Source: Rickettsiales bacterium (lineage in GTDB: Bacteria; Pseudomonadota; Alphaproteobacteria; Methylaequorales; Methylaequoraceae). Taken from it: DNA of 64,000 nucleotides. Made by a program: the position numbers and the translations under genes. Shown here one piece after another: positions 37,315-50,561 of this stretch. Location of the stretch: the NCBI GenBank assembly GCA_002691145.1, contig NZHE01000026.1:15678-79677 (forward strand), read 5' to 3'. Below the pieces are notes generated by a model, which searched no databases, was not told the origin of the DNA, and saw only the letters and a list, made by a program, of their open reading frames with translations. Position 1 is the stretch's first letter. Each line of letters opens with the position of its first letter.

Positions 37315-40158
37315 ATGTCAAAAAAAAAAAATATTAATCAATCTGTAGATTTTATTAAAATTGTGGGCGCAAGACAACACAATTTAAAAAATATTTCGAT
37401 CAATATACCAAGGAATAAATTAGTTGTAATAACTGGATTATCAGGTTCAGGAAAATCATCATTAGCATTTGACACTATTTATGCTGAAGGTCAAAGAAGA
37501 TATGTAGAAAGCTTATCTTCCTATGCCAGACAATTTCTTGATATGATGGAAAAACCAGACGTTGATTTAATTGAGGGGTTGTCTCCGTCAATATCAATAG
37601 AACAGAAATCAACATCAAAAAATCCAAGGTCAACTGTTGGAACAGTAACAGAGATATATGATTATCTGCGTTTACTTTTTGCACGAGTGGGTACTCCATT
37701 TTCCCCTAAAACTGGATTGGAGATAAAAGCATTGTCAACCGGAGAAATTGTTGATCAAATTTTAGAACTAAATAACGGTAATAAGTTTCTTTTACTATCC
37801 CCAATAGTAAAAAATCGAAAAGGAGAATATAAAAAAGAATTAGATGAATATCAAAAAAAAGGATTCGTTCGATTTAGAATTAATGAAAAAGTTTACACTA
37901 ATGATGAGTTTCCAAAATTAGATAAAAATAAAAAAAATTCAATTGAGGTAGTTGTTGATCGACTAAAAGTTGATAATAAATTCAAGTCAAGAATCACAGA
38001 TTCCGTCCAGACAGCACTCCAAATATCTGATGGCGTTACATATATATATGAAATAGAAAATAAACAAAAAATAGTTTATTCATCAAAATTTTCGTGTCCA
38101 GAAACTGGTTTTACGATTGAAGACATAGAACCGAGGTTATTTTCTTTTAATAGTCCAAATGGTGCTTGCTCGGAATGTGATGGACTTGGATATAAAGAGA
38201 ATTTTGATGAAAATTTAATAATCGGAGATACTGACCTGTCACTGGAAGATGGCGTTATAATTCCGTGGAATAAAAAAAATAATACTTTCTACAATGAATT
38301 AATAAAAGATGTTGCCAATCATTTTAAAATTAATAAAAAAACAAAATGGCGGGAACTTAGTGAAGATGTAAAAAAAGGAATAATATACGGAAGTGGTAAA
38401 CTAATAAAAGTAAGTTTTTCCTACTACAGAGATAACTTTTTAAAAGAGAAAGTATACGATGGGGTTATTGGTTTTTTAGAAAAAAAACTTGCTAAATCTG
38501 ATTTATGGCAAAGGGAAGAATTATCAAAGTATTTAAATAAATTTATGTGTGAAAAGTGCAAAGGTGCAAGGTTAAAACTTGAGGCGCTTTCAATTAAAAT
38601 AAATGGTAAAACAATATTTGATGTAACACAGCAATCTATATCTGAATCATTGATCTGGTTTAAAAGTATTCAAAAAGAATTTTCAGATACTCAGAAACAG
38701 ATAAGTGAGAGAATTATTAAAGAGATAGAAAATAGACTTACTTTCTTAGAGGATGTTGGGTTAGGTTACTTAAATTTATCTAGAAGTTCAACGACTTTGT
38801 CAGGAGGAGAAAGTCAAAGAATTAGACTCGCTTCTCAAATTGGGTCTGGTTTAACAGGAGTTTTGTATGTTTTAGATGAACCATCAATTGGGCTTCATCA
38901 AAAGGATAATAAAAAACTGATAAAAACACTAAAAAAGTTAAGAAATCTTGGAAATACAGTTATTGTAGTAGAACATGATGAAGAAACAATGATTTCGGCT
39001 GATTACCTTATAGATATTGGTATAGGAGCAGGAGTAAATGGTGGTAGTATAATTGCTCATGGTAAGCCTGAAAAAGTCAAAAGCAATAAAAAAAGTTTAA
39101 CAGCCAAGTATTTGTCAAAGAAAGCAGAAAAAATTATGTTGAAATATCAGGATGAACAAAATTTTAATAACTTTCTTTCAGTTGAGGGCGCATGCGGAAA
39201 TAATCTAAAAAACATTAATGTAAAGTTTCCTTTAAATAAATTTATATCAGTAACTGGGATTTCTGGTGGAGGAAAATCAACTTTAGTAATTGAAACGCTG
39301 TATAAGGCTCTTTCAAAACAAATAAATAAGTCTAAGGAAAGACCTTTAAAATATTGTAAAATTGATGGTTATCAGCATATAGATAAAATTATTAAAATCG
39401 ATCAGAATCCAATAGGAAAAACCCCAAGATCTAATCCCGCCACATATACTGGTTGTTTTACGTTTATAAGAGATTGGTATGCTAATTTACCAGAAGCAAA
39501 AGTAAGAGGTTATCAGCCAGGTAGATTTTCATTTAATGTAAAAGGAGGTAGATGCGAAAACTGTCAAGGAGATGGAATGATTAGAATTGAAATGCATTTT
39601 TTATCGGATGTTTTTGTAAAATGTGAATTGTGCAATGGTAAGAGATTCAACAGAGAAACTCTTGAAGTTAAATTTAAAAATAAAAGTATAGCTGATGTCC
39701 TTGACATGACTGTAAATGAGGGACTGACTTTTTTTAAAGCGATTCCATCAATTAGTAGTAAGTTGAAACTATTACAAGAAGTTGGTTTGGATTATATAAA
39801 GATAGGTCAATCTGCTACCACCTTATCCGGTGGTGAAGCTCAAAGAATAAAGTTGTCTAAAGAACTTTCAAAAAGGGCAACTGGAAAAACCTTATATATT
39901 CTCGATGAACCAACAACAGGTCTTCATTCTCATGATGTGCAAAATCTTTTGAAAGTACTGCATAAACTAGTTGAGAAAGGAAATACAGTTGTTGTGATTG
40001 AACATAATTTAGATGTTATTCAAACATCAGATTGGGTGATTGAACTTGGTCCTGAGGGGGGAGAGAAAGGTGGGCATTTAATTCATCAAGGAAACATTCA
40101 AAATTTACTCAAAGTCAAAAACAACCCTACAGCTGAATGTTTAAGGGAAATAATGTAG
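37315..40158 (+). CDS. uvrA: Excinuclease ABC subunit A
   Basis: GLSGSGKSSLAFDTIYAEGQRRY, two ABC domains and zinc fingers; ATG start taken at 37315. Confidence 0.98.
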   Translation: MSKKKNINQSVDFIKIVGARQHNLKNISINIPRNKLVVITGLSGSGKSSLAFDTIYAEGQRRYVESLSSYARQFLDMMEKPDVDLIEGLSPSISIEQKSTSKNPRSTVGTVTEIYDYLRLLFARVGTPFSPKTGLEIKALSTGEIVDQILELNNGNKFLLLSPIVKNRKGEYKKELDEYQKKGFVRFRINEKVYTNDEFPKLDKNKKNSIEVVVDRLKVDNKFKSRITDSVQTALQISDGVTYIYEIENKQKIVYSSKFSCPETGFTIEDIEPRLFSFNSPNGACSECDGLGYKENFDENLIIGDTDLSLEDGVIIPWNKKNNTFYNELIKDVANHFKINKKTKWRELSEDVKKGIIYGSGKLIKVSFSYYRDNFLKEKVYDGVIGFLEKKLAKSDLWQREELSKYLNKFMCEKCKGARLKLEALSIKINGKTIFDVTQQSISESLIWFKSIQKEFSDTQKQISERIIKEIENRLTFLEDVGLGYLNLSRSSTTLSGGESQRIRLASQIGSGLTGVLYVLDEPSIGLHQKDNKKLIKTLKKLRNLGNTVIVVEHDEETMISADYLIDIGIGAGVNGGSIIAHGKPEKVKSNKKSLTAKYLSKKAEKIMLKYQDEQNFNNFLSVEGACGNNLKNINVKFPLNKFISVTGISGGGKSTLVIETLYKALSKQINKSKERPLKYCKIDGYQHIDKIIKIDQNPIGKTPRSNPATYTGCFTFIRDWYANLPEAKVRGYQPGRFSFNVKGGRCENCQGDGMIRIEMHFLSDVFVKCELCNGKRFNRETLEVKFKNKSIADVLDMTVNEGLTFFKAIPSISSKLKLLQEVGLDYIKIGQSATTLSGGEAQRIKLSKELSKRATGKTLYILDEPTTGLHSHDVQNLLKVLHKLVEKGNTVVVIEHNLDVIQTSDWVIELGPEGGEKGGHLIHQGNIQNLLKVKNNPTAECLREIM

Positions 40159-40425
40159 TTAATTTTTTTTTTTTAATCTAGCCCTTGCTGAAACGATAAT
40201 TGGGTGTTCATCAGCCGATTCATTTACAGCTTTGTTTTTTTCATTCTTTGTTGATGAATCTTTTGAACTAGTTTGAATTTCTTTAACGAAATCTTTGATA
40301 ATCATAAAAATTGATAAATAAAATAATATAAACGCAAACAAGAAAAAGGAAAAATTTAAAAATAATCCTAATGCAAATGACAATATACAAAACACAATAA
40401 TCAGATTTAGTTTGATATTTTTCAT
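40159..40425 (-). CDS. Hypothetical membrane protein
   Basis: 88-aa ORF with two N-terminal TM segments; overlaps the upstream gene by 4 nt. Confidence 0.55.
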   Translation of the reverse strand: MKNIKLNLIIVFCILSFALGLFLNFSFFLFAFILFYLSIFMIIKDFVKEIQTSSKDSSTKNEKNKAVNESADEHPIIVSARARLKKKN

Positions 40426-41054
40426 TTTATAAATATACCCACAAAAATATAAAATATATACTCAATTTTGGATATTTTTTTTCTTTTATTATTTTTATAA
40501 CTCTTTAAAAAACACTTACAAAATATTTTCTCAAAATAGTTAATTTTAGTATCATCATATTCAGAAATAAGGTTTTTAACATTTTCATACGGATATTTTT
40601 GTATCTCTGAATGATATAAAAAGTAACAAAATTGGAAAAGTGGACTTGTTTGATATAATTGATGTGAATCTGGCATAATTAGTTTAATTATTTGATTATA
40701 TAATCTTGAAATTTTTTCAAATATAAAAAAGATCTTATCATGATGATTCATTTGAATTGACAATTTTTGATATTCTGCAATTAAATTCTCAAATAAACTT
40801 CGAAACTCAAACTTAGTTTTTAATATGATTATTTCATCAACTAAAAAATGCTCAGACGATTTTTTTTTTGTTTCGTCTAAATACCACTGATATTTTATTA
40901 GTCTGAGATTTTGGTCTTCAGTTGCATTAAAAATTCTTAATAGTTCATTTTCTAGTAAAAATACTACCTCTAAAAACTCTTTGTTTTTGTTATTTACTAT
41001 TAATAATTGTAAGAATCTAAAATAATTTACTTTTTTTAATTTTTTATTAAGCAT
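40422..41054 (-). CDS. Hypothetical protein, possibly a diverged squalene/phytoene-synthase-fold (NDUFAF6-like) protein
   Basis: LENELLRIF...LRLIKYQWY resembles the FNxELAR...IRLQWW motif; lies downstream of secF as in other alphaproteobacteria. Confidence 0.45.
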   Translation of the reverse strand: MLNKKLKKVNYFRFLQLLIVNNKNKEFLEVVFLLENELLRIFNATEDQNLRLIKYQWYLDETKKKSSEHFLVDEIIILKTKFEFRSLFENLIAEYQKLSIQMNHHDKIFFIFEKISRLYNQIIKLIMPDSHQLYQTSPLFQFCYFLYHSEIQKYPYENVKNLISEYDDTKINYFEKIFCKCFLKSYKNNKRKKISKIEYIFYIFVGIFIK

Positions 41055-41116
41055 TGAAATTTTTGAATTTAAGTTTAATTTATAGATTATTATATAATTT
41101 TATACAGGGATTTTAA

Positions 41117-41713
41117 ATGTCTAATGTTCTATCATCTTTACCAAAAACAATAGTATCTGGATTTATATTACTTTTAATAATAGTTGGTTTAACTAATAAT
41201 GTAAGTGAATCTGTTGTACTAGATTATGCATATCTTAGTTTTTTTTTCAGATGGTTACATGTTCTTTTTGGGATTATGTGGATTGGACTTTTATGGTATT
41301 TCAATTTCGTACAAATCCCAAGCATGCCAAAAATTCCAGATGAACAAAAACCCGCTGTTGGAAAAGTGATTGCTCCGGCTGCATTATTTTGGTTTAGATG
41401 GGCAGCTCTATTTACTTTATTATCAGGTTTAATTTTAGCCTACATAAACGGTTATGTTCATGACGCATTAACTTTAAATTATTTAGATAGCAAATCATTT
41501 ATGATAGGAATTGGCATGTGGTTAGGAATCATAATGGCTTTAAATGTATGGGGTGTAATATGGCCAAATCAAAAAAAAGCTCTTGGAATTGTAGAAGCAA
41601 CTCCTGAACAGAAACTAAAATCCGCTAGAACAGCAATGCTTTTTTCTAGAACTAATACAATACTTTCTATCCCAATGTTGTATTGTATGGTGGCTGCTCA
41701 AAATATCTATTAG
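41117..41713 (+). CDS. Urate hydroxylase PuuD-like membrane protein (N-terminal domain only)
   Basis: RWLHVLFGIMWIGLLWYFN, NVWGVIWPNQKK and SRTNT motifs; no CxxCH. Confidence 0.8.
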   Translation: MSNVLSSLPKTIVSGFILLLIIVGLTNNVSESVVLDYAYLSFFFRWLHVLFGIMWIGLLWYFNFVQIPSMPKIPDEQKPAVGKVIAPAALFWFRWAALFTLLSGLILAYINGYVHDALTLNYLDSKSFMIGIGMWLGIIMALNVWGVIWPNQKKALGIVEATPEQKLKSARTAMLFSRTNTILSIPMLYCMVAAQNIY

Positions 41714-41714
41714 T

Positions 41715-42623
41715 TTATTTTTCTTTTAAATAATTTTTAAAACCTAAAATCGCAATTAACGGTGATGCAATAAATATAGAAGAATAAGTTCCAATAAATA
41801 CACCCCATATCATCGCAATCACAAAACCTTTTATTACTTCACCTCCAAGAGCTAGCAAAGCTGTTAATGCAATTAAAGTAGTCAGTGAGGTTACTATGGT
41901 TCGTGAAAGAGTTTCGTTAACTGAAATATTTAATAAGTCATTAAAAGAAGTTTTGTTTCTTTTATTTATGTTTTCTCTAATTCTATCAAATACAACTACA
42001 GTGTCGTTAATGGAGTAACCTGCAATTGTTAAAATTGCTGCAATAGAGGCTAAGTTAAATTCTAGTTGAGTGAGAGAGAAAAAACCAATGGTGCTAAAAA
42101 CGTCATGAACAACTGCTATAACTGCTCCCAGGCCAAATTGCCACCCAGAAAATCTAAACCAAATATATGCAAACATTGCTAAAAGAGAGAAGATTACTGC
42201 TTTAAATCCCATAATTTTGAGTTCTTGTCCAACTTTAGGCCCAACATATTCAATTCTTCTGTAATCAACATTACCAGGTAATATTTCTTTTACTTTTTCA
42301 ATAGCAACTAGTTGATTTGATTCATCACCTTTTTGCTTTTCGACTCTTATAAGGATATTTTTTGAGTTTCCAAATTCCTGAATTTCAAAGTTACCTAAAT
42401 TTAAACTACCAATATCATTTCTTAAAATATTTAAATTAGGTTCGGCATTAAATTTCACATCAATCATTATTCCTCCAATAAAATCGATACCGAAGTTCAA
42501 ATTTTTTTTAAAAAATAGAAAAGTAGAGCCGCTTATTAAAATTATGGAAAATAAAAAAGCAATTCTCCTAACTGCAAAAAAGTTAATATTGAATTTCTGT
42601 CCAAAATTGATTAGCGGTTTCAT
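41715..42623 (-). CDS. secF: Protein translocase subunit SecF
   Basis: GIDFIGG, GYSINDTVVVFDRIRE and GTYSSIFIA motifs. Confidence 0.97.
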   Translation of the reverse strand: MKPLINFGQKFNINFFAVRRIAFLFSIILISGSTFLFFKKNLNFGIDFIGGIMIDVKFNAEPNLNILRNDIGSLNLGNFEIQEFGNSKNILIRVEKQKGDESNQLVAIEKVKEILPGNVDYRRIEYVGPKVGQELKIMGFKAVIFSLLAMFAYIWFRFSGWQFGLGAVIAVVHDVFSTIGFFSLTQLEFNLASIAAILTIAGYSINDTVVVFDRIRENINKRNKTSFNDLLNISVNETLSRTIVTSLTTLIALTALLALGGEVIKGFVIAMIWGVFIGTYSSIFIASPLIAILGFKNYLKEK

Positions 42624-44200
42624 TATAAATTTACTGCATTAGGTTTGAACTTTCTTAACCAGATAACTATCAATAACCTTGTAAGCATTAAAGCTGTGAA
42701 CATAGATGATATGATTCCAATTGAAAGAGTGACTGCAAAGCCCTTAATTGGACCTGAGCCAAAATTAAATAAAAGTAATGCGGCGATCAAGGTAGTAATA
42801 TTGGCGTCTAAGATGGTTTTTAAGGCTTGTTTATATCCTAAATCTACTGAGTTTATAGGAGATCTACCTGACGTAAATTCTTCTTTTATTCTTTCAAATA
42901 CTAAGACATTTGCATCAACAGCCATTCCAACCGTTAAAACTATACCTGCTATTCCGGGCATGGTTAGGGTTCCTTCGATAAGACTTAGTACCGATACAAT
43001 AATAAATAAATTGAAAATCAGAGCAACATTTGCAAAAATACCAAAAAGTGAATATTTTAAAATCATAAAAACTATAACCAAAATAAAGCCCAGGATTAAG
43101 GCTTTTTTTCCTGCTAAAATTGAATCAGCACCTAAACTTGGTCCTACCGTCCTTTCTTCTAAAACTTTTATTGGGGCGGGAAGTGAACCAGCTCTCAATA
43201 AGACAGCTAAATCATTAGCCGCTTCGGGTGAAAAATTTCCAGATATATTTCCTTGTCCACCTGTTATTGGCTCTCTAATTTGAGGAGCACTTATAACTTT
43301 ATTGTCAAGAATTATAGCTAATCTTTGAAATGTGTTGTCCGTTGTAATCTTTGCAAACTTCTTAGCACCTTTATTGTCAAATTCAAAAGCAACAACATAT
43401 CTTCCTGTTTGCGGGTCGACAGTAGCAGCTGCATCATTAAGCCTATCACCTGATAATAGCACTCTTTTTTTAACCAGAAATTCTTTTTCAAAAGAATTAG
43501 GATCATAATTATTAATTTTAATGGTACCAGGAGGTAACTTTCCTCGCTGATTTGCTAACTCGACAGTAGTTTGATCCAAAAGATGAAAGTTTAATTTAGC
43601 GGTTCTACCGATTAAAGCTTTAATTCTCTCGGGATCTTTTAAACCCGGAAGCTGAACAATAATCCTATCCTCACCTTGCTTTTGAATATTTGGCTCTCGC
43701 GTACCAGATTCATCAACTCTTTTTCTAATTACCTCTATTGATTGCTCAAGTGTATTATTGTTAAATTCATTGATTACAATATCAGAGAAAACAAAATTTA
43801 ATTTATTATTATCAATTTTTTTTATCTGTACTTCTTTTCCAATCACATCTCTTAAAACTGTAATAGCTTTTTTTTGCTCTTCAGAATCCTTAATAGAAAC
43901 TGTTGCTCCAATACCCTTCGAACCCAATTTCAAATATTTGATTTTATTTTTTCTGAGTGTTTTTCTTATGTCGTCAACAATATCAAGAGACTTTTCCTTT
44001 AAAACAGAATTAGTGTCAACTTCTAATAAGAGATGAGAACCGCCTTGTAAATCCAATCCGAGATTAAATTGTTTTTTTGAAATTAAAGTCGGCAAAGTTA
44101 AAACTTCTGTTTTATTATAGAAATTAGGAATTAAAAAATAAACACTAAGAAATAGTATTGTTAATATAAATGTTATTTTTCCCTTACCGTAGTTTAACAT
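42623..44200 (-). CDS. secD: Protein translocase subunit SecD
   Basis: LGLDLQGG, VGPSLG and GMAVDANVLVFERIKEE motifs. Confidence 0.97.
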   Translation of the reverse strand: MLNYGKGKITFILTILFLSVYFLIPNFYNKTEVLTLPTLISKKQFNLGLDLQGGSHLLLEVDTNSVLKEKSLDIVDDIRKTLRKNKIKYLKLGSKGIGATVSIKDSEEQKKAITVLRDVIGKEVQIKKIDNNKLNFVFSDIVINEFNNNTLEQSIEVIRKRVDESGTREPNIQKQGEDRIIVQLPGLKDPERIKALIGRTAKLNFHLLDQTTVELANQRGKLPPGTIKINNYDPNSFEKEFLVKKRVLLSGDRLNDAAATVDPQTGRYVVAFEFDNKGAKKFAKITTDNTFQRLAIILDNKVISAPQIREPITGGQGNISGNFSPEAANDLAVLLRAGSLPAPIKVLEERTVGPSLGADSILAGKKALILGFILVIVFMILKYSLFGIFANVALIFNLFIIVSVLSLIEGTLTMPGIAGIVLTVGMAVDANVLVFERIKEEFTSGRSPINSVDLGYKQALKTILDANITTLIAALLLFNFGSGPIKGFAVTLSIGIISSMFTALMLTRLLIVIWLRKFKPNAVNL

Positions 44201-44202
44201 TT

Positions 44203-44505
44203 CTATTTTTTATTTAAAACATCAGAAACTGTAGCTCTGAAAATCTTTACATTTACATTTGGAGATATTTCAACTGTCAAATATTCCGTATCAGCCTTAA
44301 CAACCTTGCATAAGATACCTCCACTTGTGATAATCTGATCACCTTTTTTTATTCCTGCTAATAATATTTGATGCTGTTTTTGTTTTTTTTGTTGTGGCCT
44401 TATTAATAAAAAATAAAAAATTACAAAAATTAAAATTAATGGTATAAATGAAGCAAATAAAGATGGTTGTTGAGTTGCTGATTGAGCATAAGCATAATTA
44501 AACAT
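44203..44505 (-). CDS. yajC: Preprotein translocase subunit YajC
   Basis: FYFLLIRPQQKK and GDQIITSGG motifs. Confidence 0.96.
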   Translation of the reverse strand: MFNYAYAQSATQQPSLFASFIPLILIFVIFYFLLIRPQQKKQKQHQILLAGIKKGDQIITSGGILCKVVKADTEYLTVEISPNVNVKIFRATVSDVLNKK

Positions 44506-44620
44506 GTTAAAACCTAAAATAAATAAATAAATTTATATTACAAAATTATATTAATTTTTCCACAATAATTGTAGAAAAGGAGTTATACAACAGTTTATTT
44601 AATTTTTAAATAGTAAAAAA

Positions 44621-45390
44621 ATGATTAATAAATCAGACATAACAAGATTTGAATACTTTTTTCTATTAAGCGATATAAAAAAAATTATACCAATTAAAAA
44701 ACTTGATGTTGAGGACTTAAGTAACTTTTTATTTATTGATGAGCAAAAACAACTAATTTTTAAAAATACAAAATATTTTATACAAAATAAGGTTGCAAAC
44801 AATGTTTTGCTTTGGGGAGAGAGGGGAAACGGCAAGTCTTCACTAATCTTAAGTACAGTAAATGAAATTAATAAAAGTGTAAAAAAAAAAATAAAAATTA
44901 TAGAAGTTTTAAGTTCTGATTTAAATTGCTTGCCCCAATTAGTCTATAAATTATCTAACATATCTGAAAAGTTTATTATTTATATTGATGACATTTCATT
45001 TGAAAAAAATGAGAAAAATTTTAAAATTTTCAAAGTAATTCTTCAAGGGAGTATGTTAAGTTACTGTAGAAATATACTTTTTTATACAACATCTAATATA
45101 AGAAATTTATCTTTTTCTAAAAATTCAAATTTCAATGATATAGAATTTAAGGATGACCAAAATAACATTTTATCCTTACAAGAAAGATTTGGCCTTAAAT
45201 TAGGATTTCATAATTTCTCAAAAGAGCAATTTTTGTCATTAATAATTCACTACGCAAACAAAAAAAACTTAAATTATCCCAGAAAGAAATAGAAAAAAAA
45301 TCACTTAATTGGTCTGTTCAAAAAGGTAGTTTCTCTGGCAGAGTTGCTTCTCAATTTGTAAGTAATTATTTATTAAATAATTCAGATTAA
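44621..45390 (+). CDS. DUF815-family AAA+ ATPase, frameshifted at A8 run 45260-45267
   Basis: NNVLLWGERGNGKSS, IDDISFE and SLQERFGL; adding one A restores the C-terminal SGRVASQF and a stop at 45390. Confidence 0.85.
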
Positions 45391-46235
45391 AAAGTTTTTA
45401 GGATTAAAAGCTTTCTTTCCCTTTCTAATTTCAAAGTGTAATTGTGGAGTTATGACGTTTCCAGTTTTACCCACCTCACCGATTCTATCACCTTTCTTTA
45501 CTTGAATATTTTTTTTTATACTAATTTTTTTTAAATGCGCATAAGCAGTTATTAAATTTCCTTTGTGCTTGATTAAAATTAGATTTCCATAACCGGGTAT
45601 TTCATTGCCAACATAAATAACTTTACCATCTTGCGAGGCTTTTACTGGACTTCCTAGTTTTCCTTCAATATTGATACCGTCATTATGGAGTCCAGGTTTT
45701 ATTTGCCCAAAATTGAGAATTATATCTCCTTTAATAGGCCACAAAAAATTTTGCTTTTTAAGTTTATATTTTTGTTCTGCTTGTCTTTCATTTTTCTCTT
45801 TAAAATTATTTTTTTTATTTGAACCTTTTTTTATTTTAATTATTTTTTGAGAAGGTATTATTAATTTTTGTCCGGGGAAGATAACTTTTTGTATCTTTAC
45901 ATTATTTAACCTAGATAATTGGTATCTATCGACATCATATTTTCTTGAAATGGAATAAATTGTTTCCCCTCTTTGAACAATATGTAAGTTATTTGACGGA
46001 ATGATTAACTTTTGATTGGGAAAAATTTTAAAAGGTGAAATTAAATCATTTTCTCTAATTAAATCTTTAATTGATAAATTATATTTATTTGCAATTTTAT
46101 ATAGATTATCCCCAGGCTTTACTGAGTAAATTTTTTGTATTCTTTTGTTAATATTCTTATCATAAATTTCATATGAACCATAAAAATACTTCTCGCATGA
46201 ACATAAAAAAATTATTAAGATCAGTACAATGTATC

Positions 46236-46239
<4 letters not shown>
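45382..46239 (-). CDS. nlpD: LysM/M23 lipoprotein (NlpD-like)
   Basis: Lipobox, two LysM domains, HNDGINI, AYAH and QLHFEIR; follows pcm. Confidence 0.88.
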
Positions 46240-48164
<1,925 letters not shown>

Positions 48165-48166
48165 AA

Positions 48167-48900
48167 TTATTTATTATCTTTTTCGAAAAATATAATCAAC
48201 AAAATAGCAAATTCATAAAATAAATATAAAGGAAGAGATATTACTAACTGTGAAATTACATCAGGAGGTGTAAGTACCGCACTAAATAGTAAAATTAAAA
48301 TAAAAAAAATCTTTCTTTGTTTTTTTAGAATTTTTACTGTCAAAATATTAATTTTACATAATGTCATTAAAATTATTGGAAATAAAAAAGAAACACCACC
48401 AGAAAATAACAAATACATTGTTAGTTTCATATATTCACCGTACCTAGATTCCAATTCAATAGAAAAAAAATTCTCTGTATTTAAAGTCTGAAACGAAAGA
48501 AAAAAATTCCAAACTATAGGAATTAAAATAAAATAAGAAAATAGTACTCCTAAAAAAAAAAAGAAAAGGTATTAAGCAAAATATAGGTAAAAAGAATTTT
48601 TTTTCCTTTTTATATAAAGCAGGAGAAATAAAAAGGAAAAATTGTAATACCAAAATTGGAAAAGTTGTCAAAAATGAGGCGAAAAAAGATATTTTAAGAT
48701 TTGAAATAAATACTTCTGGCAAACCAGTAAAAATCATCCTTGTTTGTTCACTATTTTCGAGTATTTTATATAGTGGTAAGGATAAAATTTTTGCAACAAT
48801 GTCTGCTATATAAAAATAAAAAAAAAAAACTAACAAAAAATATAAAAAAACAAAATAAAAGTCTATTTCTTAGCTCTGCAAAATGACTTAGATAACTCAT
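48167..48900 (-). CDS. tatC: Twin-arginine translocase TatC, two homopolymer frameshifts (A runs 48552-48562 and 48818-48829)
   Basis: MSYLSHFAELRNRL, FISPALYKKEK and AVLTPPDVISQ occur in three successive frame segments. Confidence 0.92.
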
Positions 48901-49103
48901 AACTTTTTATTTTTTTTTCCATTTTCTTTTTCCTCTGAAATATCAATTTTAGAAAACTCATATTTTAGATCAAATAAATATTTTTGGATTTTCCTGTAAA
49001 AAAGTCCAAAATTTTTTGCAATTATTGGCAATTCTTTCGGTTTAATAAATATTAAAGAAAAAAAAATTATAATTAATAACTCAATGAGGCCTATATTAAA
49101 CAT
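48897..49103 (-). CDS. tatB: TatB (short)
   Basis: MFNIGLIELLII...PKELP; between tatA and tatC. Confidence 0.88.
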   Translation of the reverse strand: MFNIGLIELLIIIFFSLIFIKPKELPIIAKNFGLFYRKIQKYLFDLKYEFSKIDISEEKENGKKNKKL

Positions 49104-49285
49104 TAATCTTTTTCAATTTTATCTTTATTCTGTTTTTCATTTTTGCTGTTCTCATTTAAACCGTGCTTAAATGCCCTGATTCCTTTTGCGATTTCACCAG
49201 CAACCTTCGGTAGTTTTCCAGCTCCAAAAAAGATAAGAACTATTAATAAAATTAGTAAAATTTCCCAATGACCAAGTCCAAACAT
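49103..49285 (-). CDS. tatA: TatA
   Basis: FFGAGKLP...AKGIRAFK; GGAGG RBS. Confidence 0.95.
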   Translation of the reverse strand: MFGLGHWEILLILLIVLIFFGAGKLPKVAGEIAKGIRAFKHGLNENSKNEKQNKDKIEKD

Positions 49286-49303
49286 ATATCCTCCTTTTTA
49301 TAA

Positions 49304-49828
49304 TCAATCAAAATTAAAAGAAACTAATTCATCAACTTTTGGTAAATCTTTGATGCTTTGTAGTCCAAAATGTTTTAAAAATTCAAGATCAGTTGACCAA
49401 GTCACTGGTCTTCCTGGTGTTTCTCTTCTTCCATAGGGTTTAATCCATTTTAATTCCAATAGAATATCTAATGTTCCTCTAAATACTGATTTTCCCCTTA
49501 CTTTTTCAATCTCGGCTCTAGTAACAGGTTGATGATATGCAATAATTGCAAGTGTTTCTAGTGCAGATTTTGAAAGTCTTTTTTTCTTTTCGGTTTCAAT
49601 ACGCAAATATTTAGAAAGATCATTGTTGGTTTTAAAAAACCATTTTTTTTCAATTGAAAAGAGATTTATACCCCTAACTTCATACTCTTTGACAAGTTCT
49701 TGTAAGATTTGTTTAACACTGTACTTTTCATATCGTTCAACCACTGATTGTATATATTTTTCAGCCAATGGTTCTCCAGCACTAAATATCAAACCTTCAA
49801 CTAATTTTTTTGCATCTTCATAATTCAT
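49304..49828 (-). CDS. scpB: SMC-Scp complex subunit ScpB
   Basis: LETLAIIAYHQPVTRAEIE and PGRP motifs. Confidence 0.96.
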   Translation of the reverse strand: MNYEDAKKLVEGLIFSAGEPLAEKYIQSVVERYEKYSVKQILQELVKEYEVRGINLFSIEKKWFFKTNNDLSKYLRIETEKKKRLSKSALETLAIIAYHQPVTRAEIEKVRGKSVFRGTLDILLELKWIKPYGRRETPGRPVTWSTDLEFLKHFGLQSIKDLPKVDELVSFNFD

Positions 49829-50561
49829 TTTTATCTATTAATTTTATAAATATATTACTAAATGGTTTTTCTTGATTAATTTTTAACTCACCTTTTCTTG
49901 CCATCGACATTGAAGCTAAAAGCAATGAAATTATTGCTGATTTTTTCAACCTCAAGTGTTTTATATCTAAGGGAACAAATTTTTTTAAATTTTCCCATGA
50001 TCTAATTTTATCATTAAATAATCTACTTAGCCACTTTAATGCATCTTCAACTGAAAAATAAATATTTTTTTTCATCTGTAAACTTAACTTTTCTTTTCGC
50101 TCATAAATTGAGAGATAGTTTTGGATTAAATCATGAAAACTTAAATCAACTACTAATTTGTTTGTAATCAAAAACTCATTTTTTTTTTTATTGATAAAAA
50201 AATCTATATCTAACTGAGGAAGTTCTTCTATCTTGATTACTGCCTTTTTAATTGCTTCATAATGCATTAATCTATTAGTTAATTCTTCTTCAAGTTCTTT
50301 TGTCTCAATATCATCATTTGGAATAAGCAGCTTTGATTTTAAGAAAGCTAAAAATGTAGCCATTACAAGATAATCAGCTGAAAGTTTAAGATTATACAAA
50401 TTATCATTTACAAATTTTAAATATTGTTCGGCTAATTCTAATATCGATACTTTAGTTATATCTACTTTTTGTTTTTTCGATAGCTCAATTAGTAAGTCTA
50501 ACGGGCCCTCATAACCACTAATGTTTACATTAAGTACATTTTCACTTTTATTTTCAATCAA
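49818..50561 (-). CDS. scpA: Segregation/condensation protein ScpA
   Basis: YEGPLDLL and ADYLVMA...KSKLLIP motifs. Confidence 0.95.
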   Translation of the reverse strand: MIENKSENVLNVNISGYEGPLDLLIELSKKQKVDITKVSILELAEQYLKFVNDNLYNLKLSADYLVMATFLAFLKSKLLIPNDDIETKELEEELTNRLMHYEAIKKAVIKIEELPQLDIDFFINKKKNEFLITNKLVVDLSFHDLIQNYLSIYERKEKLSLQMKKNIYFSVEDALKWLSRLFNDKIRSWENLKKFVPLDIKHLRLKKSAIISLLLASMSMARKGELKINQEKPFSNIFIKLIDKNEL

